A DNA stretch of 64,000 nucleotides from Chiloscyllium plagiosum. Its lineage: Eukaryota. Positions 50,265-62,530 of this stretch are shown piece by piece. The notes under the pieces were generated by a model, which was not told the origin of the DNA, ran no database searches, and saw nothing but the letters and a program-made list of their open reading frames with translations. The DNA lies in NCBI RefSeq assembly GCF_004010195.1, contig NC_057712.1, forward strand, positions 78,015,929 through 78,079,928, in the 5' to 3' direction. The position numbers and the translations under genes are program-made. Numbering within the stretch: position 1 is the first letter of the stretch; each line of letters starts with the position of its first letter.

Positions 50265-51839
50265 CCTTGATCCAATCTCAAATCAGATATTAATATATTT
50301 GAATTTGCATTGCAAAGCTTTCTTTATCTGACACTAAATTGATACCCTCATTTAGAAATGCAACTGCAGTGCTGGTATTTCATATACCAACTTAACACTT
50401 TCAAATAACTCAGAGTTTCATTTCTTTGAGCAGTTGAGACAAGATGTTGCAGCATAAAAGAGTAGGACTTATTTTCCATTCAAATAATGCTCTGCCTACT
50501 GGATCACTGGATTTGGTAAGGTTGACTTTTCATTTTTGCTATCAATGTTTGAAGCTTCAGGGTTCAGGACTGCATGTTGAGAAAATCCACCTAACTGCTG
50601 CTCCTCTGTTAACATCATTATCTTCTCCTCAAGCATCTTTTCACTGAAATTCACCTAGCCAAATGTCAGCAAGTGTATTCTCTGAAATGTGTAGCTGTGG
50701 TGGAGACTGCAAATGTTGATGAGGTGGGCTTAGCAGGATGTGAGTTCCTGTCTTTTCTTGATGCCAGGACTCCCAGATTGTTCTTTCAGGTCTGCAGTCT
50801 TAGAAAGAGAACATCTTTTAGAATGCTAGCTGTCAGAGACACCGTTAAATAGAGGTTTCCTTCTGATATACAACACATATTAGATTGTGTGAGGGCTTGG
50901 CATGGAATTGATACAAGTTAGCAGACAATGTTGCTTAGTTTATATTGCTGACACGTCTTACTGCTAGATGTCCTAAAGTGCATGTATCCGCAGTTCCATA
51001 CAGGAGACATTGAACCAGGCTGTCACATTTTACAAACTAGAATTCACTGCCAACCTTTGAAGAGAATACCCTGGAATGCCAAATCTGAAGCCACGACATA
51101 CACTTTAATTTCACCAGTTGCAAAACAGAGGAGTCAATACAGTGGGATAATTATCAACTCACAGAATAAAGTCAAAACACTGCAGATGCTGGGAATCTGA
51201 AACAAACACAGAGAATCCAGGAGAAGCTCAGCAGATCTGGGAGTAACTGTGGAGAGAGAAACAGAATTAACTATCATGTCCAATATGATTCTTTATCAAT
51301 TCTGAAGAAGTGTCATGTCTGACTGGAAGTATTCGCTCTGTTTTTCTGTCTAGATGCTGCCAGACTTACTAATTACAACATTTTTCAGGTATTTATCAAC
51401 TTCCAGAAGCCCATTTCTTTATTAAGAAATGAGCAAATGCTGTCAAATATTAAAGGAATGGGTGTCACTTCTGTCATATGGAGCATGATACCATTTTCTT
51501 GTTGCACTTGTTGAAGTGGTTTGTAAATGGACAGATTGTGTTCCCGTCCGTCCCATTCAGAAAGCTGCTTACAGATGCTGTTCTTTGCAATTTATATAAA
51601 TTAATGCCGTTTAGGAGTTTAAAAGGATCACTTTTTTCATACAAAAAATGGTAGAAATCTTGAACCTGGATTCTAAATTGGGTTTTTCAGCGCTAACTTT
51701 GATGTACTTTTGTTTGCTAAAAGTGAAAAGAGAGGTGGATCTAAGTTACATGGAAATGAGGTATAGGCTTGCCAATTGAATGACAGATCAAGATCAAAGG
51801 GTTGAATTATTTCCCTCTGTGACTATTTTGTCCTATAGA

Positions 51840-52815
51840 CCATGAGAACATAAGAAATAGGAATAGGAGTAGGCCATTTAGTCCTCCTGACACCTGTTAC
51901 ATCATAAGATCATGGCTGATCTAGTATTCCTCACATCCATCTTTCTGTCTTTTCCCATAATCCTTGTTTCTCCTACTGATCAAGAAACACTCCATCACAG
52001 CTTTAACTTTACACAAGGACTCTGCTCCCACAGCTCTCTGTCGCAAGTTCCAAAGACTCACAACACTCTGAGAAAAGACATTCCTCCATATCTCATTCTT
52101 AAATTAGATTGGAATAGATTAGATTAGATTACTTACTGTGTGGAAAAAGGCCCTTCAGTACCACCCCTGAGAAAAAGAACAGGAAGTGACATCACCACAG
52201 TAAATGACACCACCACAGAAAATGATGTCACCAACCTAAGGAAACCTGAACTCATAAATAAAAAGCAGGCCATACCACCAGTGCTTCAGTGGAGGCTTGC
52301 TGATGTTACCTAGTATGGTGAAGAGACATCTGAAAATGAACCTTCCAGCTCAGCAAGCAAACTTACATCCAGAACCTCAACCTGAGCCAGAAATCTTCTC
52401 AAAACTCGCTATTGTCCCTTTATTCTGAGACTAGTCCAAGACTTTCCCACAAGGAGAAGCACGCTCTCAGTATTTACTCTGTCAAGCCTCTTAAGAACCT
52501 TACATATTTCAGTGAGATCACCCCTCATTCTTCTCAACTCCAGTGAGTGGAGTCCCAACCTATTTACTCTTTTCTCATAAGACAATTCCTGCAGATTGAA
52601 GATCACCCTTGTGAACATTCTTTGAACTACACCAATGAAATTATATATTTCCTTAAAATTAAATAAGGGGACCAAAACTGCACACAGTACTCCAGATGTC
52701 ATTTCATCAGCACTTTGTAAAGTTCCGGTAAGACTTCCCTGCTCTTCTACTCCAATGCTCTTGAAATAAGGGCCAACATTCCTTCCTGATTGTGTGCTGC
52801 ACCATTGTGCTAGGT
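51840..52815 (-). mobile_element. CR1 3' region interrupted by a SINE tail (52105-52157) and a PLE 3' end (52160-52408, +)
   Basis: ORF 52409-52702 VQRMFTRVI...LELRRMRGDLTE; the insert resembles the 4050-4180 arm. Confidence 0.75.
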
Positions 52816-53299
52816 CTCATCTGTTTAAATTTCTCAGCCATTTTAATAGCTTCAATTCCACATGATTTTCTATACCCTGCCCACTTTAGCAAACTTCAAT
52901 TTAAAGGCATGAATTAGGATAGCATTTTCGATGGACAAAAGTATCCTGAAAGCACCACTCACAACTGTTCCCAAGATCTTCGAAACCGCTGTGTCTGACT
53001 TCAAAGCATCTCAAGTGTTTTGCAATCAATTAAGTACTGCTAAAGTGTAGTCTCAGCTGTAATGCTCAGATAACAACTTGTCTGAAGCACAGCACATTAT
53101 CGTCTAATCGGCATAGATTGAGTCATGCCTCCAACCTTCTGACTCAGAGACAAGGAACAAACTAATCCAAACAAATACAATTGTATTAATGATTCACTAA
53201 TATAAAATACAGGGTGAGGTTAGAATGCTGTACCAGGATCAAACTCTTTCATGGTATGACAGGGAGGAGGAATCATGATATGTGCAGTGGCATTTACAG

Positions 53300-53837
53300 A
53301 TTCCAGCTGATCAGTAAACTCCTGTTAATAGTAGGATGAAGGTTGTATTAAAGCAGACAGTCAGTTACAAGCTTTGGTTAAATAGAGAATGATGAACAGC
53401 CAGAAGTGATTGTTTGGCAGCAGTCTCACTGATAAGAGTTTAGATGACGGCACAAACGCCACAGCCAGCCTTCAGTGGGTCATGCCCATTATCAAAAGCC
53501 ACAGATGAGATTACAGCCTTGAAGTTCTTCTATTATTTTTTAAATTACATACTTTGGAACTCACAGCTTCATTTCTACACCCAAAACTTCACAGCAGAGA
53601 CTGGCATCAGCAACTAATGATTCAAAATTCCATGTAGCAAAAAAAATGATTATGATTGTAATCATTGTAAGGGTCTCAAGTGATGATTCATGGTTGATTA
53701 CTGTGCAAAATGTGCTCTGTGAGTATTATACAGTAATTTAATAAAATGTATTTCAGGCCATTGAAATTGTTAAATATTTGGTTATCAATGTACATGCCAA
53801 ATCCCAGGAAGCACATTTTCAGATAGAAACCTGTCAG
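53300..53837 (+). pseudogene. Probable dynein HC-like exons, C-terminal domain
   Basis: MKVVLKQTVSYKLWLNRE resembles DLLERLKFLQKW. An 81-nt open exon at 53757-53837 (tatttcag| AIEIVKYLVINVHAKSQEAHFQIETCQ |gtaaaa). Confidence 0.4.
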
Positions 53838-54142
53838 GTAAAAGCAATTCAAGAGATTTTATACAGTCAGTATCAAATCTAACAAAGCATTTTAAAGTTA
53901 TTCATCTGATTGTATGTTGAATGGCAGTCTTAGTTTGCTTAAACTGATCTCCTGCATGACTGAAGTCACAATATTAACTTTGATTTATGAAATAGTACAT
54001 TCAAATGTGATACCTTTCAGGTGACTTTAAGATTGAATCCTGAGTAATTAAAAGCAATGCAGATGTTACTTTCAAATTTAATTTCAATGACATTTATTGG
54101 CAAAGATATTTTTAGAGTGAAACGGTATAATTCAACTGCATG

Positions 54143-54484
54143 AGGGAAGCTGATGACCTAGTGGTATTATCATTAGTCTATTAATCCAGAGACCCAGGTA
54201 ATGTCCTGGATTTGAATCCCAACATAGCAGATCCTTGAATTTCAATTCAAAACAAATTTGCAATTAAGAGTCTAATGATAACCATGATACCATTGTAATA
54301 AAGCCCATCAGGTTCATTAACGTTCTTTGGGGAAGGAAAGTGCCGTCCTTATCTGGTCTGGACCTACATGTGATACAAGACTCACAGCAATGTGGCTGAC
54401 TCTTAATTGCCCTCAGGTTAATTAGGGATGGGTAATAAATGCTGAACTAGCAATAATGCCTACATCCTGTTAATGAATAAAAAC
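54143..54484 (+). mobile_element. tRNA-derived SINE with LINE-like 3' tail
   Basis: tagtgg A-box-like and ttgaatcc B-box-like motifs; 3' gggatgggtaataaatgctg...aatgaataaaaa shared with LINE ends at 33770-33815. Confidence 0.7.
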
Positions 54485-54794
54485 GTTAATGGCTAATTAT
54501 TTTACACCACCTCGAAGAAGGTTTTGGATTCTTCAAATAGACAATGTAAGGTGGAATCAGTTCCTGGTTTGATCTTGTTTGATCTTGTTTATCTTGCACT
54601 GCCTGCCATGTATATTGTTTCTTAAAACCAGCAGCAATTGAAAATGTTTCTGGGATTGACATGGTTGAGATAGGATGGTACATTAAACCATTTCCAGTAA
54701 CAGTTTAAGTTGTCTTGGATATGTCTATTGATTTGCCATCATGCTGCATAAAGACATATTGAAGTGAGTCATTCACTCATGTGTTTCACATTAG

Positions 54795-54985
54795 AGGTGC
54801 TGCTCTTCACATCATCTGCCAAGTAGTTCCATTATGGACAGAGTCAAATTTTCAGCTAACTTGCTAAAACAATATTTTTTTTAAATGAGGAGACATTTTC
54901 ATCAAAGGAGAAACAGGTCCTATATTGTTCGAAAATAAACACATTTATTTTTGGCTGACAACTTTGCAGCTTAGACAATAGTACT
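54795..54985 (+). pseudogene. Dynein HC-like exon, C-terminal beta domain
   Basis: KGETGPILFENKHIYFWLT resembles LGESLPKILYDPLPIIWLK; contains in-frame stops. Confidence 0.45.
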
Positions 54986-55259
54986 ATCAAGACTGGAGAG
55001 CAAAGAAAAACGAATAAAATAATTCTAAAATATGTAAATAAGTGTGTTAATGAAGTGGTAAATTGAATACACGTTACAATACAGTTAAAGATGATTAGTA
55101 ATAATCAATCATGTTCACTATTTCCATGGAAATAATTGTTAGCAATCTCAGTAGAGTTGGTGGTCCCACTCCCCCCATGACTGAAACATCAGGTATGAGT
55201 CATCCAAACTTGGATAGGTGATCCAAGCCAATTTTTTTTGTCATCATATAGCTCAGGAA

Positions 55260-56115
55260 ATGATTTCTATCCTCATTCAGGAGGAATTCCTGTCTCTGAA
55301 AGCTTCCAGCCAATGCAATGGGACCTAGGAGGTGTATGTTTTCAAGAAGGAGTACAAATGTTCTTAGAGCCAAAGGAGAAAAGGATATGGGGAGAAAGCA
55401 GGAAAAGCTTTGTGTTGGAGGATCAGCCCTGATCATCTTGAATGACAGAGTAGGCTCGAAGGGCCGAATGGCTTTTTTGAGCTTCTGTTTTCTGTGTTTC
55501 TATGTTAGCCAAGACATTGAATATAAGAAGAAGGAGGCTTTGATGGAGTTGTATATCATTTCATTTAGGTCAGAGCTGTGTGTTGTGCTGTTCATTGCAC
55601 TATAGAAAGGATGTGATTACACGAGAGAGGGTGCAGAAGAAATTCACCAGGATGTTGCTAGGGCTTGAGTGATTCGGCTATGAAGAGAGTCTAGCTAGAC
55701 TGGGATTATTTTTCTCAGAACATGAAGGGTATCCCAGGAAAAGGCTGAGGGGGCTATCTGATTGAGATGTGCTAAGTTCTGAGGGACCAAGACAGGTTAG
55801 AAGGAGAAACCTTTCACTTAGTAGAGGCATCAAAAGCCGTGGGCAGGGATTTAAATAAATAGGAAGTGGTTTATAGGGGATTTGAGGGAATTTTTTTTCT
55901 CAGAGAATTATGGGTCTCTGGAGCTTACTACCTAAAAGAGTGATTGAGTTGCAAACCCTGTAGGTAGTTAAGATCTATTTAGATGAACATTTGAAACACC
56001 ACAACAAACAAGGCTATAAGCCAAATGTTGGATTAAAACAGGTTAACGTTTGATGATCTGCATGGAAATGATGGGGCAAAGGGCATTCCAAATGTTGTAA
56101 TAGCTCTATGACTTT
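55260..56115 (+). mobile_element. Two degenerate CR1 3' fragments
   Basis: gtgcagaagaaattcaccaggatgttg (VQKKFTRML); ctctatgact tail. Confidence 0.75.
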
Positions 56116-57689
56116 ATAACTCTGACTTGTAGACATTTTTATTGGCATGGTGATTTCTTTTAAAACAACTTGAGCAAGTTAACTTTCAGAATTTTTGCAT
56201 ACATAAGATAAGTTTACAACCCAGTAAGCACAACAATTGTGCATCAAAGGTTTCTGTTAGAAAGTCCTGGAATTTTTTTAAGCTTAAGAGAAATACCCAT
56301 AGTCTTAAGGGAAACTTCAGTTTGAGACAGTGCTACAGAAGTTCTTGGATGAAAATGGATCTATAAAACAATGCTCCTAGAAAGGGAGATGATAGTAAAA
56401 ATATATTGCCTTAGCATAAGGAGTTTAATAATAGTTTGAGATCAGAAATGTTTTAATAAAACCTCTGAAGAGCTTATTTGAAGCTGAGAACATTTGGATT
56501 CAGTATATGAAGGCTTCAGGAAGAGACCATCAGATTTTCTAGACTGGGAGTTAAAGAGATTGAGTTAAGGCTGCAGGAGTTAAAGTTATTGAGATGTTGG
56601 AGATAGGAATTATTTTCTGCTGTGAGTGGTATACATGGGTGGTTTTGTTGTTTTGAGGATCTGAAAAGGAGTGTTATTGGATTAATGGGATTATGTTTCA
56701 CCTTTTGTCTTAAAATCTCTAAACCTGGTTCTGAATAAATATTCTATTTTATCTTCATTTCTTTCATGAAATAAATTGTTTTTAGTTTGTTAAATACAAG
56801 CCTACATCATTCTGTGAGCACTCACCTCGTTAAAAATAAAACAAATAAACTGTGATCTATCAAGCCAGGTTTCAGCCTGGGAACTGAATTGACCCATAAC
56901 AACACCAACTGGGATCATAATAATAATAAGCATTTGCATCCATTTTAAGCATAATGGGTCTTCTTTTTTTTTGTCCAGAGCAGATTGCAAGCAGAATATT
57001 CCTCTCTAAGTCCTTTCTGTTAACTTTAGCTGGAATGTATACACAATGCAGGGGATTCTGAAACTTCTTGAAATATAATCATCCAGTCTGTCTCAGATAT
57101 TTTGTGAATTAAGCAGATTTGTCCATTTTTAGGAAACTAAATGTAAACACAAAAATATAGAACACAGTTTCCTTGAAACTCTCAGCCCAGTTGTGGTCCA
57201 ATATTTCCTACAGCGAGACAAAGGGAGGATTTGCAATGGAGGGAAGAGCAGTTAGTGGCAATGTAGGAGCAGGACATGTGATGAGATCTCCCAGTGAGGA
57301 ATAGGAAGCAGAGAGGGTTGCAAGGATGAGTAGTTTTGAGGATGAGTTGGGTGAGAGCTGTTGAATGTACATGATGCATGTTCTGGTGACAATTGTAGAC
57401 CAGGTGCCTTGATGAGATTTGGAGAGGGGAAGCAAAGTTTCCTTTCCACTGGATTAAGTCTTCAATGTTAAGGCACACTGAGGGAGAGGGGGTCAGTCCT
57501 GACTTGCAGTGTCTGAAGCCTGTGCATTTGGGCTTTAAGTATGACACCGGAGGTGTGAAAGCTGGAAGGTCCTAGCTGTGATGAGCACTTGTGCTTCTCC
57601 TGCCTCATGATGCAACCTAGATATCGATGCATAATTAACAAGGCAAAGAGTAGACCATTACATTTGCACCACAGCAAATCAGGCACCAT

Positions 57690-57990
57690 GGAATCCTACT
57701 CAACAGAGAAAATGGGAAACTTCCATCTACAGTATGATACACTCCTTCAAAACTATGGCTGAAGGCACTGGAAGATCACAATATTAACAATGACATTTTA
57801 TAACCCAGCAGCTCAGTGTGCGTTACTGTTCTTAATAAGAAGGTTGATGGTTTCAGAAAGCTTTACTGAAAAGAACTGGACTAATGCAGCAATATTGAGA
57901 GAACTGATTTCTTCAATTTTTCACTTTAGGTTTGCCTTCAACGCTTTTCAAATGCTGCTAATATTATATGTTTCTTGTGACTACGACACT
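57690..57990 (+). pseudogene. Dynein HC-like last coding exon
   Basis: IYSMIHSFKTMAEGTG resembles YECPVYKTSARRGT. After a frameshift, LLFLIRRLMVSESFTEKNWTNAAIL resembles the terminal [25 protein letters not shown]. Confidence 0.5.
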
Positions 57991-58892
57991 TCCCGCAACA
58001 ATCCCTTGTCTTATTTTTTCCATCAGACTCTGTTCATAATATTGTTGTAAACAGTGCTTGCCCACTATTGCTCACCATGAGGAATGTCCCAGGAGACTTG
58101 TTGGTTTCTTAACCTGTATCAAAATTCTGCAGGTGGAGCAATTGTTCAAACCTGGAATGAATAGGATATTTTTAGTATGTTGTGGATAGACCACCATATC
58201 ACAGTCCTTGGGAGGGCTGCAGTCAGACTGTTTACTCTCCTATTTCTTTAATCATGGGAATGGTCATTGATTCAGTGACTGAATGGGGTAAATTCTATTT
58301 TTATCACAATATTGATATATTGAGTATTGAATTCGATAATCATAACAAGACAATGCACTTTCTCTGCAAGCAAATAGACAGATTTTAATCACGAAAATTA
58401 AATGCAATCCAATGGAGTTTTTAAATCTGTAGAGTCACATATCACGAATGGGTATAGGCTGAGATTGTCTTAATGTTTGAAGTGCTCCTATCTAAAGCCA
58501 CAGAGAATCTAATTAATTCTTAAACCCTTTTGTCAGTCCCAAGGCTCAATGCAGTATTTCTGCTCCTCTCCCTTTTTAAATAGAGTTCAACAAGGAAAAC
58601 TGCTACCACATATGCCACTGCATATAGTACCATTGTAATGAGCTATCTTTAAACAAAGTGGGTGCCACACAATTCTTGTGCACTACTGGCTTTATCTTGA
58701 AGGCAGTTTAAGACTTACTATTTTTAAAGATGTAAAAATCCTTTTCTTGGTTCATATTTAGTCCTAATCATTCTTGGTCTTTGTAATTTGCATGTATTAA
58801 TATGTTGTCATGATTTTTAGGAACATTTACTCAATTATAGGTGTCATGGGACAAGCTACGAAATGGACAAAAAGAATGGCTCAGCACCTGGA

Positions 58893-59152
58893 GTGGGTGG
58901 CACAGTGGTTAGCACTGCTGCCTCACAGTGCCAGAGATCCAGGTTCAATTCTTGCCTCAAGTGACTGACTGTGTGGAGTTTGCACATTCTCCCTGTGTCT
59001 GTGTGGGTTTCCTCTCACAGTCTAAAAATGTGCAGGTTAGGTGAATTGACCATGCTAAATTACCCGTGGTGTTAGGGGCAGAGGGGAATGGGTCTGGGTG
59101 GGTTGTGCTTTGGCGGGTCGGTGTGGACTTGTTTCCACCCTGTAAGTAATCT
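58893..59152 (+). mobile_element. HE1/V-SINE-like SINE
   Basis: Family match. Confidence 0.85.
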
Positions 59153-59228
59153 AAAGATAACATTGTTATAAAAGGAAATGCCTTGACTTTGTTTGCTGGA
59201 GAGAGTCAACCTCTGATTTTACAGCAAG

Positions 59229-59538
59229 TCACAGTGGCACAGTGGTTAGCACTGCTGCTTCACAGTGCCAGAGACCCGGGTTCAATTCCTGCCTCAGGCA
59301 ACTGTCTGTGTGGAGTTTGCACATTCTCCCTGTGTCTGCGTGGGTTTCCTCCGGGTGCTCCCGTTTCCTCCCACAGTCCTAAGATGTGCAGGTTAGGTGA
59401 ACTGGCCATGCTAAATTGCCCGTAGTGTTAGGTGAAGGTGTAAATTTTGGGGAATGGGTCTGGGTGGGTGCTCTTTGGAGGGTCAGTGTGGACTTGTTGG
59501 GCCGAAGGGCCTGTTTCCTCACTGTAAGTAGTCTAGTC
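59229..59538 (+). mobile_element. HE1/V-SINE-like SINE
   Basis: Family match. Confidence 0.9.
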
Positions 59539-60052
59539 TGCAGTTCTGGTCTCCTTACTTGAGGAAGGCTAGCTGGCTTTGGAGATGGTGCAGAGGAGGT
59601 TCATCAGGTTAATTCAGAGATGAGACGGTTACCCTATGAAGAGAGAATGAGCTGCCTGGAACTCTATTCGCTAGAATTTAGATAAGAGGGGATCTTATAG
59701 AAACATATAAAATTATGAAAGGGATAGATAAGATCGAAAGCAGGCAAGTTGTTTCTGCTGATGGGTGAGACTAGGACTAGGGGACTTGGCCTCAAGATTA
59801 GAGGGAATAGATTTAGGACATAGATGAAGATTTTTCCAGAGAATAGTGAATCTATGAAATTCGCTGCCCAAGGAAGCAATACAGGCAGCTTCATTCAAGG
59901 ATGGGTTTTTGCATGGTAGGGGGATTAAGTGTAATGGGGATAATGCAGGTAGGAGGAGCTGAGGCAAGGGATGGATGAGCCATGATCTTAATGAATAGCA
60001 GTGCAGCTCAATGGGCCAAAAGGCCTACTCCTGCTTCTATTACAATGAAACT
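59539..60052 (+). mobile_element. CR1 3' fragment
   Basis: cagttctggtctccttac (QFWSPY); aggggatcttatagaaacatataaa (GDLIETYK). Confidence 0.85.
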
Positions 60053-60593
60053 AAGAAAGGAACGTAACAAGACCGAAGACCTAAATAAAAGCAAAATACC
60101 AGAGAGGCTGGGGATTTCAAATAAGAGTAGAATGTTCTGGAGGAATTCAGCATGTTTTGACAGCATTGGTGGAGTTGACTGATGACTCCATCATACAATC
60201 CTGTGATTGAAGCTGAGTGTAGATACAATGCATCTCATCCTTCAACCTGGGCTACAGATGATAAGCCTCCTCAAAATGGAGTTACGATGCTGAGGTTGAT
60301 TTGGAGAGGCTGTGCGATACACTCAGAGTGTGTCGTGAAACAATTGTATGCTGTGTTACATACAACTGAAGCAGACAAAGAGGGCATGTGATGGACACTG
60401 AACAGCTGGGAGAGCAGCAGTCTTCTGTGGAGGCACATGAAGTCATTGGGCAGAACGAACATCACCTTAACCATAATAGAATGGTGCAGTATCGAGTGTA
60501 AAAAGCCAGATAGGACTGAACTGACACCCACTTCCAATTTCCGAAAAGTTGGATGAAGTCATCGTTCACTGTCTGTAAATCTGTTGTTACTCT

Positions 60594-60879
60594 GATTAGA
60601 TTAGATTACTTACAGTGTTGAAACAGGCCTTTCGGCCGAACCAGACCCTCTGAAGACTAACCCACCCAGATCATTCCCCCACATTGACGGGCGATTTAGC
60701 ATGGCCAATTCACCTAACCTGCATATTTTTGGACTGTGGGAGGAAACCGGAGCACCCAGAGGAAACCCACGCAGACACGGGGAGAATGTGCAAACTCCAC
60801 ACAGACAGTTACCTGAGGCGGGAATTGAACCCGGGTCTCTGGCACTGTGAGGAAGCAGTGCTAACCACTGTACCACAGT
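60594..60879 (-). mobile_element. HE1/V-SINE-like SINE
   Basis: Family match; (ttaga)n tail. Confidence 0.9.
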
Positions 60880-61779
60880 ACTCGAAAGGAAATCAGGCCC
60901 CATTTATTCCCAGCAATAAATGCTGCTTTTTTTGTTTTGTTATTTCTTCACATTCCTTCCCATTGATTGTCACCTTACTGCGGTGGAGAGGCTTGAGTGT
61001 TCCGTCAATCTTAAGAGCAATGCCATCAGGTGTTCTCAGCTCTTGACAAGGCTATCCATAACGGTACAACCAGAGGGGAGAAATGAACAAAGCACAATCC
61101 AAAACAAGTCCTCAATGATGATCCAAGCAAAAGTTATTCCTGCTATACCAATGGCTGCCATGACAGATGAAGGATGCAGCAGTGGGGAGATCCTCAGTCA
61201 TTGAGGTTCCTTGTCACTGGGAGTGGATCTATTTCCTGTCGCGTACTCTGTATCTGTTGATGTGCAACTGCATTTCCATGACATAAGACGTCCCATACAA
61301 GCTGTCTACCAAGAGCTTTTTGAAAAGTTTCCTTCACTTTTCCTGTTCATAATAAAAGTTCATTTTTGCATTTTTTGAAGTCTTTCCAATATGTAAAGCT
61401 CCTATATTAAAGAATAATAAGATGCAATGCTGCAAAGCACAGTAGGGAAAGAGTATCGCTCCTTCAGACAGTTCAAACAGGAGATGGCACTCAGGAAGGG
61501 TAGGCTTTGTGGCTTTATTTTTCTGGCTTCAGTTACCATGACAGTCAAGCAGCATGTGATGATGGAAGGAGGTATAATAATCAAAAATATAAGATTCTAT
61601 TTCCAATGACGTGTCTCCCAGGCCGACTCTATGCTCTCAGAAACTTTTGTTAGTATTTTACATGTACTTTGAAGGGCCATTCGTGGTGGACAGCCATTGC
61701 CCTGGTCTACAGCTGGGTTTTAAAGTGCTAACTGGTGCAGACAAATTAGGTGAGCAGCACAGAATTGCATGAGATAACT

Positions 61780-61900
61780 CAGGAAGAAGGGCTTATGCCC
61801 GAAACATCGATCCTCCTGTTCCCTGGATGCTGCCTGACCTGCTGCGCTTTTCCATTTTCAGCTCTGATCTCCAGCATCTGCAGACCTCACTTTCTCCTCT
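61780..61900 (+). mobile_element. PLE pLTR fragment
   Basis: gaagaagggcttatgcccgaaacatcga...ctgcagacctcactttctcc; matches 18141-18250. Confidence 0.8.
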
Positions 61901-61969
61901 TAACTCAGAAAGAGACCCTCCATGAAATATCCTGAAATTGACACAGCCAATTTTGGTTAAAATCAGACT

Positions 61970-62530
61970 GTGAGACCATGAGATACAGGAGCAGAAGAGG
62001 CCAATCACCTCATTGAATCTACTCCGCCATTCAATCATGTGTCTCTTAATCCCATTCTCCTGCCTGTTATCCTTGATCCCTTTAGAAATCAAAAAACAAT
62101 CTATCTCTGTCTTAAATGCACTTAATGACTTGGCCTATAGCAATGCGTTCCATAGATTAACCATAGATTAGGCTGAAGAAATTCTTCACCTCGTTTCTAA
62201 AGGCATCAACCTTCACTCTGAGGCTATGCCCTGGGTCCTAGTCTCTCCTATTAGTGGAAACATCTTCTCCACGTCCACTATATCCAGGCTTAACAGTATT
62301 CTATAAGTTCCGATGAGATTGCCCCTCATCCTTCGAAACTCCAATGTCCTGAACCCCCCACTCCTCATATTACAAGCCCTTTATCCCCGGCATCATTCTT
62401 GTAAACCTCCTCTGAACCACCTCCAAGGCCAGCACATCTTCCCTTAAGTACAGGACCAAAACCACTCTCAATATTCCAAATGTGGTCTGAACGGAGCCTT
62501 ATGCAGCCCCAGCATCTTGCATTCTAGCCA
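61970..62530 (-). mobile_element. CR1 3' fragment
   Basis: Homologous to 51840-52700. Confidence 0.8.

Larger units (their letters stand above)
1..57990 (+). pseudogene. Decayed, intron-containing dynein heavy chain-like gene (3' half, AAA4 to C-terminal domain); 5' part lies upstream of the window
   Basis: About 16 non-repeat exon-like islands translate to peptides resembling dynein heavy chain consensus motifs in collinear order. Many are bounded by polypyrimidine-AG and GT(A/G)AG-like sites. Multiple stops and frameshifts. Paralog not assignable by eye. Confidence 0.7.
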
